This document shows, one piece after another, positions 24,804-36,256 of a stretch of 64,000 bases of DNA (position 1 is the first letter of the stretch; each line of letters opens with the position of its first letter). The stretch covers positions 48,796,001 to 48,860,000 of the forward strand of contig CM059432.1 in the NCBI GenBank assembly GCA_030390025.1, read 5' to 3'. Under the pieces are notes generated by a model, which searched no databases, was not told the origin of the DNA, and saw nothing but the letters and a program-made list of their open reading frames with translations. Position numbers and translations under genes: made by a program. The DNA comes from Squalus acanthias (lineage: Eukaryota).

Positions 24804-26706
24804 AATATGCCCATAGACATTTATGTTGAACCAACTGAGTGAATGGTAACGCTTTCATAATAAAAAAAGTCACATAAATCATAGAATTATATGGCAGAGG
24901 AGGAGGTCATTTGGCCCACGTGTCTGTGCCGGCTCTTTGAAAGAGCTCTCCAATTAGTCCCACTCCCCTGTTCTTTTCCCATAGCCCTGCAAATTTTTCC
25001 ACTTCAAGTATTTGACCAATTCCCTTTTGGAAGTTATTAATAAATCTGCTTCCACCAGCCTTTTAGGTAGTGATCATAACAACTCGCTGCATAATTTTTT
25101 TCCCCTCATGTAGCCTCTTGTTCCTTTGTCAATTACCTTAAATCTGTGTCCTCTGGTTACCGACCCTTCTCCCATTGGTAACAGTTTCTCCTTATTTACT
25201 CTGTCAAAACCTTTCATGATTTTGAACACCTCTATCAAATGTCCCCTTAACCCTCTCTACTCTAAGGAGAACAACCCTAGTTTCTCTAGTCTTTCCAAGT
25301 AACTGAAGTCTTTCATCCCTGGTACCATTCTAGTAAATCTCTTATGCACCCTCTCTAAGGCCTTGACATCCTCCCTAAAGTGTGATACCCAGAAGTGAAA
25401 ACAATACTCCAGCTGGGGCTTAACCAGTGTTTTCTAAAGGTTTAGCACAGCCTCTTTGCTCTTGCACTCTATGGCTGCGATTTTGCCAGCGCTCAGAGGG
25501 CGGGTTTGGAGGCGGGTCAGAGGTTAAAGTCGTTTTGATTGACGGCGGGTTCCGCACCCGCCATCATCCCGCCTCCTCACAACCTTCTCAAGTGTCGGGT
25601 CCCCGATTTGCGAATGGACCCGACACCTAGCGGCGGGAAATGGATTAAAGGCAATTAACTGCCTATTAACAGGTATTTGTGAGCAATTTTCAGGGTTTTT
25701 TCGATTTTCCAGCTTTTGGGTCGGGTTTTATGACGTACGACAACATGCCAGGTAAGTGTGGCGTGTTGTGAGTCTGGTCTGATGTTTGTGAAAAGATGAC
25801 AGCTGCAGAAGTGGTGTCAAGGATGCCATGTTGCACATGGTGAGTTTCAGAGCAAAGAAAATGTTGGTTACTGCATTTTTAATGCATATACAGATTTCTT
25901 TAGCTTACAAGTTTTTAAACCCAACTGTATGTCCAGTGCCAGCTCATTGGGAGAACCTCTCTCAACAGTGACAGATCGCTTCTGTCATCTCACCTGTAGC
26001 TGCCATCTATTCCAGCAACATTGGAGCCAATGAAACAATCAGACCTTGGTCCTCCGAATCCTTCCACAATCATCCCCAACACCAACATCACCAACCTAAT
26101 CACCAACCTTCGCCGCCATCACCTGATGCTGCACCGGACACAGGGCATCAGCCGCTGGCAAAATTGCTGGCCAGGAGGCCAGCGATGGCATCACCATAGC
26201 CAGACTTTCTTCACTTGATGCTGTAAATCCTGGCTGCCAGATGATGCGTCAGGTTGACAGCACCGTGAAGCATCCCTTTAATGTCCAAGCCATTCCATAC
26301 ACACACATCACTATAGCGGGGCGGGCGGGGGGGGGGGGTGGGGGTTGAGTTATGACTGAACAATCACTGGAACACAGTAAGACACTTCTCAATGTGCGCT
26401 CAGATCTGTCCAATAAGGGGCACTTTTTGAAAACGAGATTTCACTGTGTGACAACACATTACCAGAAACTTCGCATGGACATTGGCTAAACCTCTCAAGT
26501 GCCCACACTTGTGTGTTGTTAGTTGGTATGCTTGCAGTAGAATGAGGGTGAGTGTGAGGGGTGGCTAGTGAGATGGGGAAGTGATAAAGTAGACAGAGAG
26601 GGCTGGGTGGAGGTGCAAGGTAAGTTGGTGTCCTGGGGAGGTCTCTTCCGCCCTTGGAAGGGAAGAGAACCTCCCTGCGTACTGTGACTCCCTCCATAAG
26701 CATATA

Positions 26707-26934
26707 TGATGTGGAGATGCCGGTGTTGGACTGGGGTGGACAAATGTGAGAAGTCGCACAACACCAGGTTATCGTCCAACAGGTTTATTTGAAATCACAC
26801 TGCAGTGTTCTCTGACTATATATGCTGTGCCTATATGCATCTCTTCACTTCACCTGACGAAGGAGCAGCGCTCCAAAAGCTTGTGATTTCAAATAAAGCT
26901 GTTGGACTATAACCTGGTGTTGTGTGACTTCTCA
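26707..26934 (+). mobile_element. Penelope-like element remnant with inverted terminal copy
   Basis: 12-bp flanking duplication CATAAGCATATA at 26695-26706 and 26935-26946; ~55-bp inverted repeat at 26745-26799 vs 26882-26936; hammerhead core inside. Confidence 0.8.
26850..26886 (+). ncRNA. Minimal hammerhead ribozyme motif (core mutated)
   Basis: tcac-CTGACGA-a-ggag(cagcg)ctcc-AAAA-gctt-gtga; stems I and II pair, but GAAA reads AAAA. Confidence 0.65.
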
Positions 26935-27277
26935 CATAAGCATATAGAGGGAGTCATTGGAGAGTCTGGGTGCAAGAGTTCACCTTTGTGCAGCGATTGT
27001 CAGTGTTTTCAGCACCTCAATGCTGTCAAACACTGAAAAATCGACTGTCAAAATAAAGTTGTGCATGGTCCCTTTAAGGAAACCGGCAGATGACGCATCA
27101 TCAAATGATGTCATCAGACCCGCTTCCTGTTAATTGGCCGGTAAGCCTGCAGGGCAGGCTTAAAAAGGCCAATCAAGGGAAAATCACGTCTGCAGAGTGG
27201 AGGCAGCTGGGGTGGGACCAGAACCCGGAAACCAGCTGTCCTGCACCCATCCCGACACCGACGAGAAAATCACGGCC

Positions 27278-27980
27278 GTTATCTCTTTTTCTCTCCACAG
27301 AGGCTGCCTGACCTGCTGAATATTTCCAGCATTTTCTGTTTTTATTTCCAATTTCCAGCATCCGCAGTAGTTTACTTTCATAACTTCTTCCTTTGATTAA
27401 CATGAAATCATAGAATGCTACAGCACAGAAATAGGCCATTTGGCCTATCACTTCTGTACTTATGTTTTTCTCCACATAGGACACCCAGTCTAATGCTACT
27501 CTCCTACTCGCTTTCATTACCTTTAACATTTCTTTTTAAGCAGCTATTGCATTCCCTTTTAAAAGTATCATGGACACTGTTTCAACAGCAGTTTGTGTCA
27601 GAGAATTCCACATTCTATCCCTTCACTGTGTGAAGAAATTATTTCTAAATTCTCCCCTCCCCCTTGAATTCTTTTTATTTGTGTCCTTTTGCTACCATTT
27701 TATCTTCCAGTGGATACAATCGATCACCATTAACTTTATCGTAAATCCTCATAATCCTGAAGGCCTTTATCCGGTCAACCCTCAACCTTCTCAGTTCTGA
27801 TGAGAAAAACCCTAGCTTCTCAAGTTTCTTCTCATAATTTTAACCATCTCTGGTAACTTCGTATTAAATCTATGCTGCACTTTTTCCATTCCGTTATGTG
27901 CTGAAGTTGTGGTGTGGAACTTGAACTCATAAACTTCTAAATTGGAGGGAAGAGTAGTGAATTGAAAGAAATATGAACCA
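27278..27980 (+). repeat. ~700-bp direct duplicate of 46762-47464
   Basis: Near-identical sequence including unique junctions; duplicated ORF translations 27415-27633/46899-47117 and 27570-27800/47054-47284. Confidence 0.97.
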
Positions 27981-28530
27981 GGTTTTCAGCACCTCAAAGC
28001 TGTCAAACACTGAAAAATATTGTGCATGGTCCCTTTAAGGAAACCGGCAGATGATGTGTCATCAAATGACATCATCAGACCCGCTTCCTGTTAATTGGCC
28101 GGTAAGCCCGCATTAACAAGGCCAATCAAGGGAAAATCATGTCTGCAGAGCGGAGGCAGCTGGGGGCGGGACTGGAACTCGTAAACCAGCTGACCCGCCC
28201 CCATCCCGACACCGCTGAGAAAATCATGGCCTATGCCTCTGTTTATAAAGCCAAGCATCCAGTATGCCTTTTTAACACTTGTCCTGCCACCTTCAGAGAT
28301 TTGTGTACACACACCCACAAGTCTCTCTGTTCCTGCACCCACTTTTGAAGATTGTGGCCAGAGCCTCCACAATTTCTACCTTTACTTACTTCCCTTAGTA
28401 ACCTCGGATACATCCCATCTGGACCAGGTGACTTTTCTACTTTGAGCACTGCCAACCTTTTAAGTACCTCCTCTTTATCTATTTTTATCCAATCCAATTT
28501 CTCTACTACCTCCTCCTTTACGGTGACAAA

Positions 28531-28787
28531 GTATTTATTGCCCATCCCTAATTCGCCTGAGGGCATTAAGAGCCAACCAGTGGGACTATAATCACATGTA
28601 GGTCAGACTGTGCCAGGGAAGTGTTAGTGAACCAGTTGAATTTTTATGACAATCTAGCAGCTTTCATTGTCATTTTATCAGGTGCTCCCCACAAATTTAT
28701 TGAATTGAATTTCCGAATTTGCCACGGTGCGTTTTGAACTTACAACCTCTGGGTTACCAGTATAGTGTCATAACCACTAGGCTACCA
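28531..28787 (-). mobile_element. tRNA-headed SINE made of the family-B LINE 5' head plus its 3' tail
   Basis: A box TAGCCTAGTGG at 28784-28774; B-like AGTTCAAAAC at 28740-28731; body homologous to 18831-19100; ends in aattagggatgggcaataaat. Confidence 0.8.
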
Positions 28788-28857
28788 TAAATCGATCTAG
28801 ATGTTCAATTGTCCTGGATATATTGAGAAAAGGAAACATAAGGATTTTTCAAATAGT

Positions 28858-29585
28858 TTTTTTAAATTCGTTTATGGGATCAGGGCATCGCTGGCAATGC
28901 CAGCATTTATTGCCCATCCCTAGTTGCCCTTGAGAAGGTGGTGGTGAGGCACCTTCTTGAACCGCTGCAGTCTGTGTGGTGAAGGTACTCCCACAGTACT
29001 GTTAGGGAGGGAGTTCCAGGATTTTGACCCAGCGACGATGAAGGATCGGCGATATACTTCTAAGTCAGGATGGTATGTGACTTGGAGGGGAACGTGGAGG
29101 TTGTGGTGTTCCCATGCGCCTGCTGCCCTTGTCCTTCTAGGTGGAAGAGGTCGCGGGTTTGGGAGGTGCTGCCGAAGAAGCATTGGCGAGTTGCTGCAAT
29201 GCATCTTGTAGATGGTACACACTGCAGCCACGGTACGTCGGTGGTGGAGGGAGTTGAATGTTTAAGGTGGTGGATGGGGTGCCAATCAAGCGGGCTGCTT
29301 TGTCCTAGATGGTGTCGAGCTTCTTGAGTGTTGTTGGAGCTGCACTCATCCAGGCAAGTGGAGAGTATTCCATCACACTCCTTACTTGTGCCTTGTAGAT
29401 GGTGGTTAGGCTTTGGGGAGTCAGGAGGTGAGACACTCGCCGCAGAATACCTAGCCTCTGACCTGCTCTTGTTGCCACAGTATTTATGTGGCTGGTCCAG
29501 TTAAGTTTCTGGTTAATGGTGACCCCCAGGATGTTGATAGTGGGGGATTCGGCGATGGTAATGCCATTGAATGTCAAGGGGAGGA
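28858..29585 (-). mobile_element. Family-B LINE 3' fragment
   Basis: ORFs 29305-29577 and 28920-29231 match the C-terminus of the 20337-21707 ORF; same tail. Confidence 0.92.
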
Positions 29586-29852
29586 TATGGCAGCATTTCC
29601 TTTTTCCATAGCACTGGGACTAGATGCAAAATACTTCAGGAAATAATTCTGCAAATTATATACACTATATTTGTACGGGGAAACCTCAACCCCATTCCTA
29701 ACCAGATATTCATCCAGTTGTTTTTTTTTAAAGGTGTTAATCAGCACATTGCTTTCGACTTTACAGGGGGAGACTAATTCAACTCTGTTGAGAAAATAAC
29801 AGTCTAATCTCAAGCCTTACTTGAGGTTCTGAACCACATACTCAAATTCTAT

Positions 29853-30602
29853 GGGGGAGAAATTCATATCACCCAGTTTGGGGGCAGTAACTTTTGAAAG
29901 TTAGGAAACTTAGCACCAGGCGCTAATGATTCCCAGCTTTAAAAAAATTCGGTTTTGCGCTCCAGGAAGGATGTGGAGCACTAAATCAAGCGTCCCACTT
30001 CCTTCCTGGAGCACAACAGGCAGCAGGCGGGGCGGTAGGTGTGCAGCGCTGCACAATGGGCCGTACAGCGCTGCCGCGTTGGAAGGCTCCTTCCCTCCCT
30101 TAAAGGGAAGGGCCATCGCTGCAGGCTCTGCAAGGGGAAAACTTACCTGGTCCCCAACGGCAGACACGATCCAGCCCAATCAGCCCGATGCACAGCAGCA
30201 GAGTTCCGGGCTGATCCATCGCTGGCAAAGACAAAGGGAAACAAAAAAGAAAAAGCTCATTTCAGAATTTTTTTTTACTTACCTCAGCCACCTCGCCTTT
30301 AAGTATCGTCCCCAAAGCGCCCGGCCTCCCGATGAATGCCTCCTGCAGCTGCCGTGTCTTCGCCCGGCAATGCTGCAGGGGACGGAACCGAAGTTCGGGT
30401 CCGGGGCGCTGCGCAGCCGGATGACGTCACGATCTCCGGACGCAGGACATCGTGGCGCTAGGGGTTACCGCCGCTGCAAACCGCCAGGTGAATTTCGCGG
30501 GCAGCGGTAACATCGCCGCGCCCGGGTGGTAAGTCGTTAGCACCCCGTTATCGCCCCCCGGAGGCGATAATGGGAGGCGCTAAGGAGGCCAATTTCAAGC
30601 CT
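29853..30602. mobile_element. PIF/Harbinger-like MITE related to 22008-22872
   Basis: Left TIR gggggagaaatt, degenerate right end aatttcaagcct; TSD TAT at 29850-29852 and 30603-30605. Confidence 0.75.
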
Positions 30603-30639
30603 TATGTTTTTTTGCTTATCATCAGTAAGTTTTCATCAA

Positions 30640-30930
30640 TAATCTCCGTATTTTAAAAATCCAGGTAATTTTTTCCGATTTTCTTCAATGAAAACAAGTT
30701 TAGTCCAGACTCTCTCTTGATGTCTTACAATCCTAGGTCTCGGAATCATGCTGGACACTCTTCTCAGAAACTTCTCCAATGCAACAATATCTTTTTGATA
30801 GGTTGCCTCAAACTGCACAAATACTCTAACAGTGGTCTCATCAATGATTTAAACAATCTTAGAATAACTTGATGTGAGATATACTCAAATGCCCTTGAGA
30901 TGCATCCCAATATGTAATTAGGCTTGTTGA
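30640..30930 (-). mobile_element. Highly degraded CR1 RT C-terminal fragment
   Basis: Minus-strand VRPLLEYCAV-like and KDIVALEKFLRRVSSMIP remnants. Confidence 0.6.
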
Positions 30931-31214
30931 AACAGGCATGTTTGTGTGTCTGTCATATCTGTCCAAGGGGCTGGCTGGGAAACAGTGGGCCGCTGTTTCT
31001 TTGAGCTCAGCCATTACTCAAATCGAAAATGGCAGTCTAGCTGGTGCAGAAGCACCACGTTTATTACCACATTAGTAATTCTTATGTCAGCTACACTAAA
31101 TTATAGCAGATAGCCCCATTAATATCTAAATACAGTGTCAATTCTTAAGAAGGGGAATGAAATACAAAATTAAAAGTGCAGTGTTGACAAGGACAAAGTC
31201 TGACATAAATATCT

Positions 31215-32670
31215 TCAGCTAAAACTGCCAAGTAGATTATTCGGCCTCCTCCAGAGGTCCCCATCATCATAGATGCCAGTGTCCAGACAATTCAGTTCAC
31301 TCCACATTAGGAAGTGATCGCGTGCACTGGACACGGTAAAGGCTATGGGCCCTGAAAACAACCCGGCTGTAGTGCTGATGATCTGTGCACCACAACTAGC
31401 TGACCCCTAGCCAAGCTATTTTGGTACAACTATGATACTGTGGAACATTACCTCAGGTATGTCCTATCCATAAAAATCAGGGCAAATCTAACCTGGCCAA
31501 TTACGACTCTATCAGTCTCCTCCCAATCAGCAGAGAAGTGATAGAAGGAGTTAACAATAGTGCCATCAAGCCATAACTACTCACCAACAACATGCTGACT
31601 GATGCTCAGTTTGGCCTCTGCCAGGACCACTGAGCTCCAGACCTCGTCACAGCCTAATCCAGGCATAGACACATGAACTGAATGCCATAGTAGCTGCCCT
31701 CGACATCAAAGCTGCATTTAACCAAGTATAGCACCAAGGAGCCATAGCAAAACTGAGCTCAAGGGATCTAGGGGAAAAACACTCCAATGACTGGAATCAT
31801 ACAACAAACAACAACTTGCATTTATATAGTGCTTTTAACATAGTAAAACATCCAAGGCTCTTCACAGGAGCGTTCTAAGGCAAAACCTGATACACAGGAA
31901 GATGGCTGTAGTTGTCAGAGGCAATTACTGCAGCCCCAGGACATTGCTGCAGGAGTTCATCAGGGAGATGCCCTGGGGCCCAACCATCATCAGCTACTTC
32001 AACAACCTTTCCTCCATCATAAGGCCATGAATGGGTCTGCTTGCTGTCCAGAGTGTTTAGCTCCATTCACAACTCCTCCAATGATGAAGCAGCCCATGCA
32101 ACAGGAGTTAGACAACATCCCCAAGTGTGGGCTGACAAGTAGCAGGTAGCATTCATGACACAATAAGTGCCAGGCAATGACTATCTTGAACAAGAAAAGA
32201 TCCAATCAGCTCCCTCTGACCTTCAATGGTACCACCATTCACTTGGTCCCCCACCAACATCCTGGAGGTCACCATTATGCAGAAACTTCACTGGACCAGC
32301 TATATCAACACTGTGGCTTTAAGAGCAAGGTCAAAGCTGGTTACTCTCTGACAAGTGCATCACCCTCTGACCCATAAAAGCCTCTCCATCATCTGTAAAG
32401 CTTGTCAGGAGTGGATGCAATACTCACCACTCACCTGGATGGATATAGCCACAACAGCACTAAGAAGCTCAACACCATCCAGGACAGAGCAGTTCCTGCC
32501 ACTCGACTCAATTTTCACCCCAGGTAAACTGTGGCTGCAGTATGTACGATATACAGGATGCACTGCAGCAACTCATGTAAGATTATTTTAACCGTGCCTT
32601 CCAGCTCCACGACCTCTACCACCGAGTGCAACAAGAGTAGCAAGAGAATAGAAACACAGTCACCTCCAAG
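31215..32670 (+). mobile_element. Old, heavily mutated family-B LINE RT fragment with a short L2 tail inserted at ~31802-31875
   Basis: Collinear with 20200-21610 (aaggctatgggccctga, gacatcaaagctgcattt, caggacattgctgcaggagttc). Confidence 0.85.
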
Positions 32671-32769
32671 AAAGTGAAATCGGGCTGGGTGTAAAAAGGG
32701 CAACCGATCCGATCCTGTCAGTTTCCCATCGGGAGGGTAGGTTAAATTAAGCCTTCTAGAATCTCAGAA

Positions 32770-33355
32770 ACAACAACAATAAACCAACAACTTGTATTTA
32801 TATAGCTCCTCTAACGTAGTAAAACGTCCCAAGGTGCCTCACAGGAGCGTTATAAAACAAAATGTGACACCGAGCCACATAAGGAAATATTAGGGCAGAA
32901 AAGATGTAGGTTTTAAGGAGCGTCTTAAAGGAGGAAAGAGAGGTAGAGAGGCGGAGAGGTGTAGAGAGGGAATTTCAGAGCTTAGGGCCTTGGCAGCTGA
33001 AGGCATGGCCACCAATGGTGAAGCAGTTAAAATCAGGGATGCTCAAGAGGCCAGAATTAGAGGAGCACAGATATCGCGGAGGGTTGTGGGGCTGGAGGAG
33101 ATTACAGAGATAGGGAGGGGCGAGTCTAGAGGTAACAAAGGCATGGATGAGGGTTTCAGCAGCAGAAGAGCTGAGGCAGGGACTGAGTCAGGCTATGTTG
33201 TGGAAGTTGAAATTGGCAGTCTTAGGGGTGGCTCGGATATGTGGTCGGAAGCTCATCTTGGGGTCAAATATGACACCAAGGTTGTGAACAGTCTGGTTCA
33301 GTCTCAGACAATTGCCAGGGAAAGGGATGGAGTTGGAGGCTAGGGAACAGTTTGT
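32770..33355 (-). mobile_element. L2 LINE 3' fragment with internal deletions
   Basis: (ACA)n tail; NSIPFPGNCLRLNQTVHNLGVIFDPKMSF coding remnant. Confidence 0.88.
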
Positions 33356-34664
33356 GAATCCTACAGTGTTTTCAAGGGGTGTCTCTGCTGTTAGAGCAAT
33401 TGTAATGATAATTGAGATGATCGTGTAATGTTCGACAGTAACCATAGAGAAAGGTTCCAGGGTTAATTGCAAGTACTGTGCTGCATTATTCAAACACGAT
33501 CTGTGCATTTATAGCGACATAGCATTTCATATCCAACATGCAAAGCATATCCAATGTAATGTTTTTAATTCTATTTTTTCTGTAGGAAAGATGAAACAAT
33601 AGCAAACTTTGATGAAGCTGAATTTTTGCTGCTTTTTCAGAAGCACATTTGCAACACAAGGAGGGTGGAGGTGGGGTGGTGGGGAATTGCTGTGGATTGA
33701 TGCACTCTCTGTTCAGAAGCCGATTACATTGCAATGAATATAGAACCAGAGAGAGTATGAGTGTAATTTGAGATTATGTACACATCATACCAATGATGAT
33801 ACATGCTCAATATTTCAAACTATTTTATTTATAACTTCCATTTTGAGCTGTTTCTTTTTCTTCTCAGAGTTCTGTAATGGAAGGAGTTTACCCCAGAACC
33901 AAATAGATATAGCTCCATCTCCATCAATGTAAAATGTTTAAACAGGCATGAATAATCTGATAATTTGACATTTAATTTGCTGGACCGGTGGGACTTTTAA
34001 GTATGCTGCTAGCTTTGTAGGACTGGATATCTTCCATTTTAATTAACTTTGTGAATAGGATGATGAGTAACGAGGATTCTGTTTTAATTTTGTAAAAATC
34101 ATTATTTCTTTCTGCTGACATGCTATGCAGTTTAAATGAACCTTTCTTCATTTATTGCTGTTCACAGATGTGATGGCTGTCAGCTAAATCTGTATTATTA
34201 TCGCACATCTCACCAATCTCTAGTTTAACTGATTTTGACAATTAATCTGCAGTGAATGTGCTGGCTATAGACGTGACTGATGGTAAAATGTTCAGAAAGT
34301 TTGCTGTGACATCCAATGAATGGCAGGCTTATAGATTAAAATTACAGTCACGGCATCTGATGTGGTAGGAGTTATACATTACAAAATTCCTCTTTGGATA
34401 GCTGGAGTATTGTCAAGGGAAATAACTGAGCTCCATGTAAAGGTCTCTAAACAATCGAGTATAGTTAACTGGTATCATTTGCTTTGAGTTGTCAATGTAG
34501 CCACATAATTTAAGATGTGTTTCTTTAAGGGTGGCTGATTGGTTATTAATGAATGAGAAGGCATTGACGTTCTAAAGTCTGATATACAAATCCTCAAGTT
34601 CATTATTGCCACTAGATTATGGAACTTTGAAATTACATTTAGCTAATATGTACATAATTCAAAT

Positions 34665-35040
34665 GGCCCAGTTGGTAGCACTCTCGCCTCTGAGTCCGAA
34701 GTTTGTGGGTTCAAGTCCCACTCCAGAGACTTGAGCACAAAAGTCTAGGCTGACACACAAGTGCAAGACTGAGGGGATGTAAAAGATTCCGTGGCACTAC
34801 TTTGAAGAAGAGCAGGGGAGTTATCTCCTGGCCAATATTTATCCCTCAATCAACATCACTAAAACAGATTATCTGGTCATTATCACATTGCTTTTTGTGG
34901 GAGCTTGCCGTGTGTAAACTGGCTGCCGCATTTCCTACATTACAACAGTGACTCCACTTCAAAAGTACTTCATTGGCTATAAAGCGCTTTGGAACGTCCT
35001 GAGTTCATGAAAGACGCTATATAAATGCAAGTCTTTCTTC
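34665..35040 (+). mobile_element. Deu-domain SINE, internally deleted
   Basis: Head agttggtagcactctcgcctctgagtc and B box gggttcaagtcc; body and tail as in 9633-10104. Confidence 0.85.
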
Positions 35041-35987
35041 ATATATAAAATAAAATGTAAATAGATGCTTACATTTTTAGAGTGCTCCCAGTAAATTATC
35101 TCATTGGACTGCAATCATGTTTCCTGGGCTGCCAACAAGATAACTCATTGAGTGGTAGTGCTGAATGTTATAATATTGAGAAATATGTCTTTGTTGCATT
35201 CATAACTGATCTGTATCAGTCTATAATGTCCTGAACCATCAATGGCTGGGCAACCAGACTTTGGCGCCAGTTTTTAGCAAATCAAAGACCAAATTTGAAC
35301 AATGTGCGTATCCTCTTTAGAATGGAAGGTACATTTTCAGAACTAAAGAAAACAGGTAAGTAAAGTATTTATACACCATAATATTAAAGGGAAACAGTAT
35401 AAAAATTATCATACAGTATATTTAGAAATAAAAAGTAAATTAAATCTAGTAAAATTTGATCAGAGTGAATGGGAAAGAGGAGAAAGAGCAAAGGGTTAGT
35501 ATTGACTAGAAAAGTCTACTTCTGACATTTGAGTAGATTATTGCTGTAAAATGAGGTTGTTTTTCAGTGTCACATTGAAGACTTAATACATATTGGATCA
35601 GAGTGACTGGAATTCCTTGGCACTGCTGCACCTCAAAGGGTTAAAGTGATTGCAGTTGCAAAGTTTCAAACTACAGTGGCTGTTCGGTCCAACAGCAGCA
35701 TAATGGATCCTTAAAAGTAGGACACCATAGCTGATTAAACCAGTTGCTCTTCCATTTGGTTTAAGCCAATAATAGGGCTGAAGATTGAACTGCTTTGATT
35801 ACTATAAGACTCATTCACTTTAGCCACTATGTGTGGAAGTGTCATCACAGAAGCTTGGAATAATGACAATACCAGTGTCAGCATGCCATGGACATGCTCA
35901 ATATGGTTTACATGAATCAATTTAATAAAGCCAAAATAAAAACCAATTTCAAAGGAAAACTTATTTCATAGTATAATAATTAGAGAT

Positions 35988-36183
35988 AGCGCCGTTCCTT
36001 CATGGTTGCTGGTTCAAAATTCTGGAACACCCTCCCCATCAGCACTATGGGATTACCTTCACCACACGGACCGCAGCGGTTCAAGAAGGCGGCTCACCAC
36101 CACCTTCTCAAGGGCAGTTAGGGATGGGCAATAAATGCTGGCCTTGCCAGAGACGCCCACATCCCATGAACGAATAAAAAACA
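35988..36183 (+). mobile_element. Family-B LINE 3' tip
   Basis: gcagcggttcaagaaggcggctcaccaccaccttctcaagggcag...cccatgaacgaataaaaa. Confidence 0.9.
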
Positions 36184-36256
36184 ATCAAATGTTAAAAGTC
36201 AAGGATTGTGAAAATTATCAGCCAAACGGAGTAAAATGAGCCTGTGTAAACAGATT

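Larger units (their letters stand above)
26640..26975 (-). pseudogene. Harbinger Myb/SANT-like (trihelix) gene N-terminal remnant, interrupted by a Penelope insert
   Basis: After removing the insert it reads APRLSNDSLYMLMEGVTVRREVLFPS, resembling the N-terminus of Harbinger Myb-like/NAIF1-type proteins. Confidence 0.65.
25473..28231. mobile_element. Degenerate PIF/Harbinger transposon with duplicated right end and captured genomic segment
   Basis: TIRs ggctgcgatttt / aaaatcatggcc; TSD TAT at 25470-25472 and 28232-28234; extra right end terminating at 27277; Myb/SANT-like remnant on the minus strand. Confidence 0.85.
24878..28528 (-). mobile_element. CR1 LINE 3' part split by a Harbinger element
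   Basis: Tail at 24878; segments 24878-25472 and 28232-28528 rejoin as GFINRGI-ECKSKEAV; KSPGPDG at ~28410-28445. Confidence 0.9.

Noticed and set aside
29926..30510. 194-aa ORF and CpG-island-like GC patch (similar patches at 22008-22872 and 53084-53749)
   Set aside because: All lie within TIR/TSD-bounded MITEs; GC-rich DNA has few stops; no protein motifs
35321..35355. Plus-strand micro-exon candidate (tcctctttAG...CAG|GTAAGT)
   Set aside because: 35 bp, no recognisable product or partner exon; splice-like motifs are common by chance
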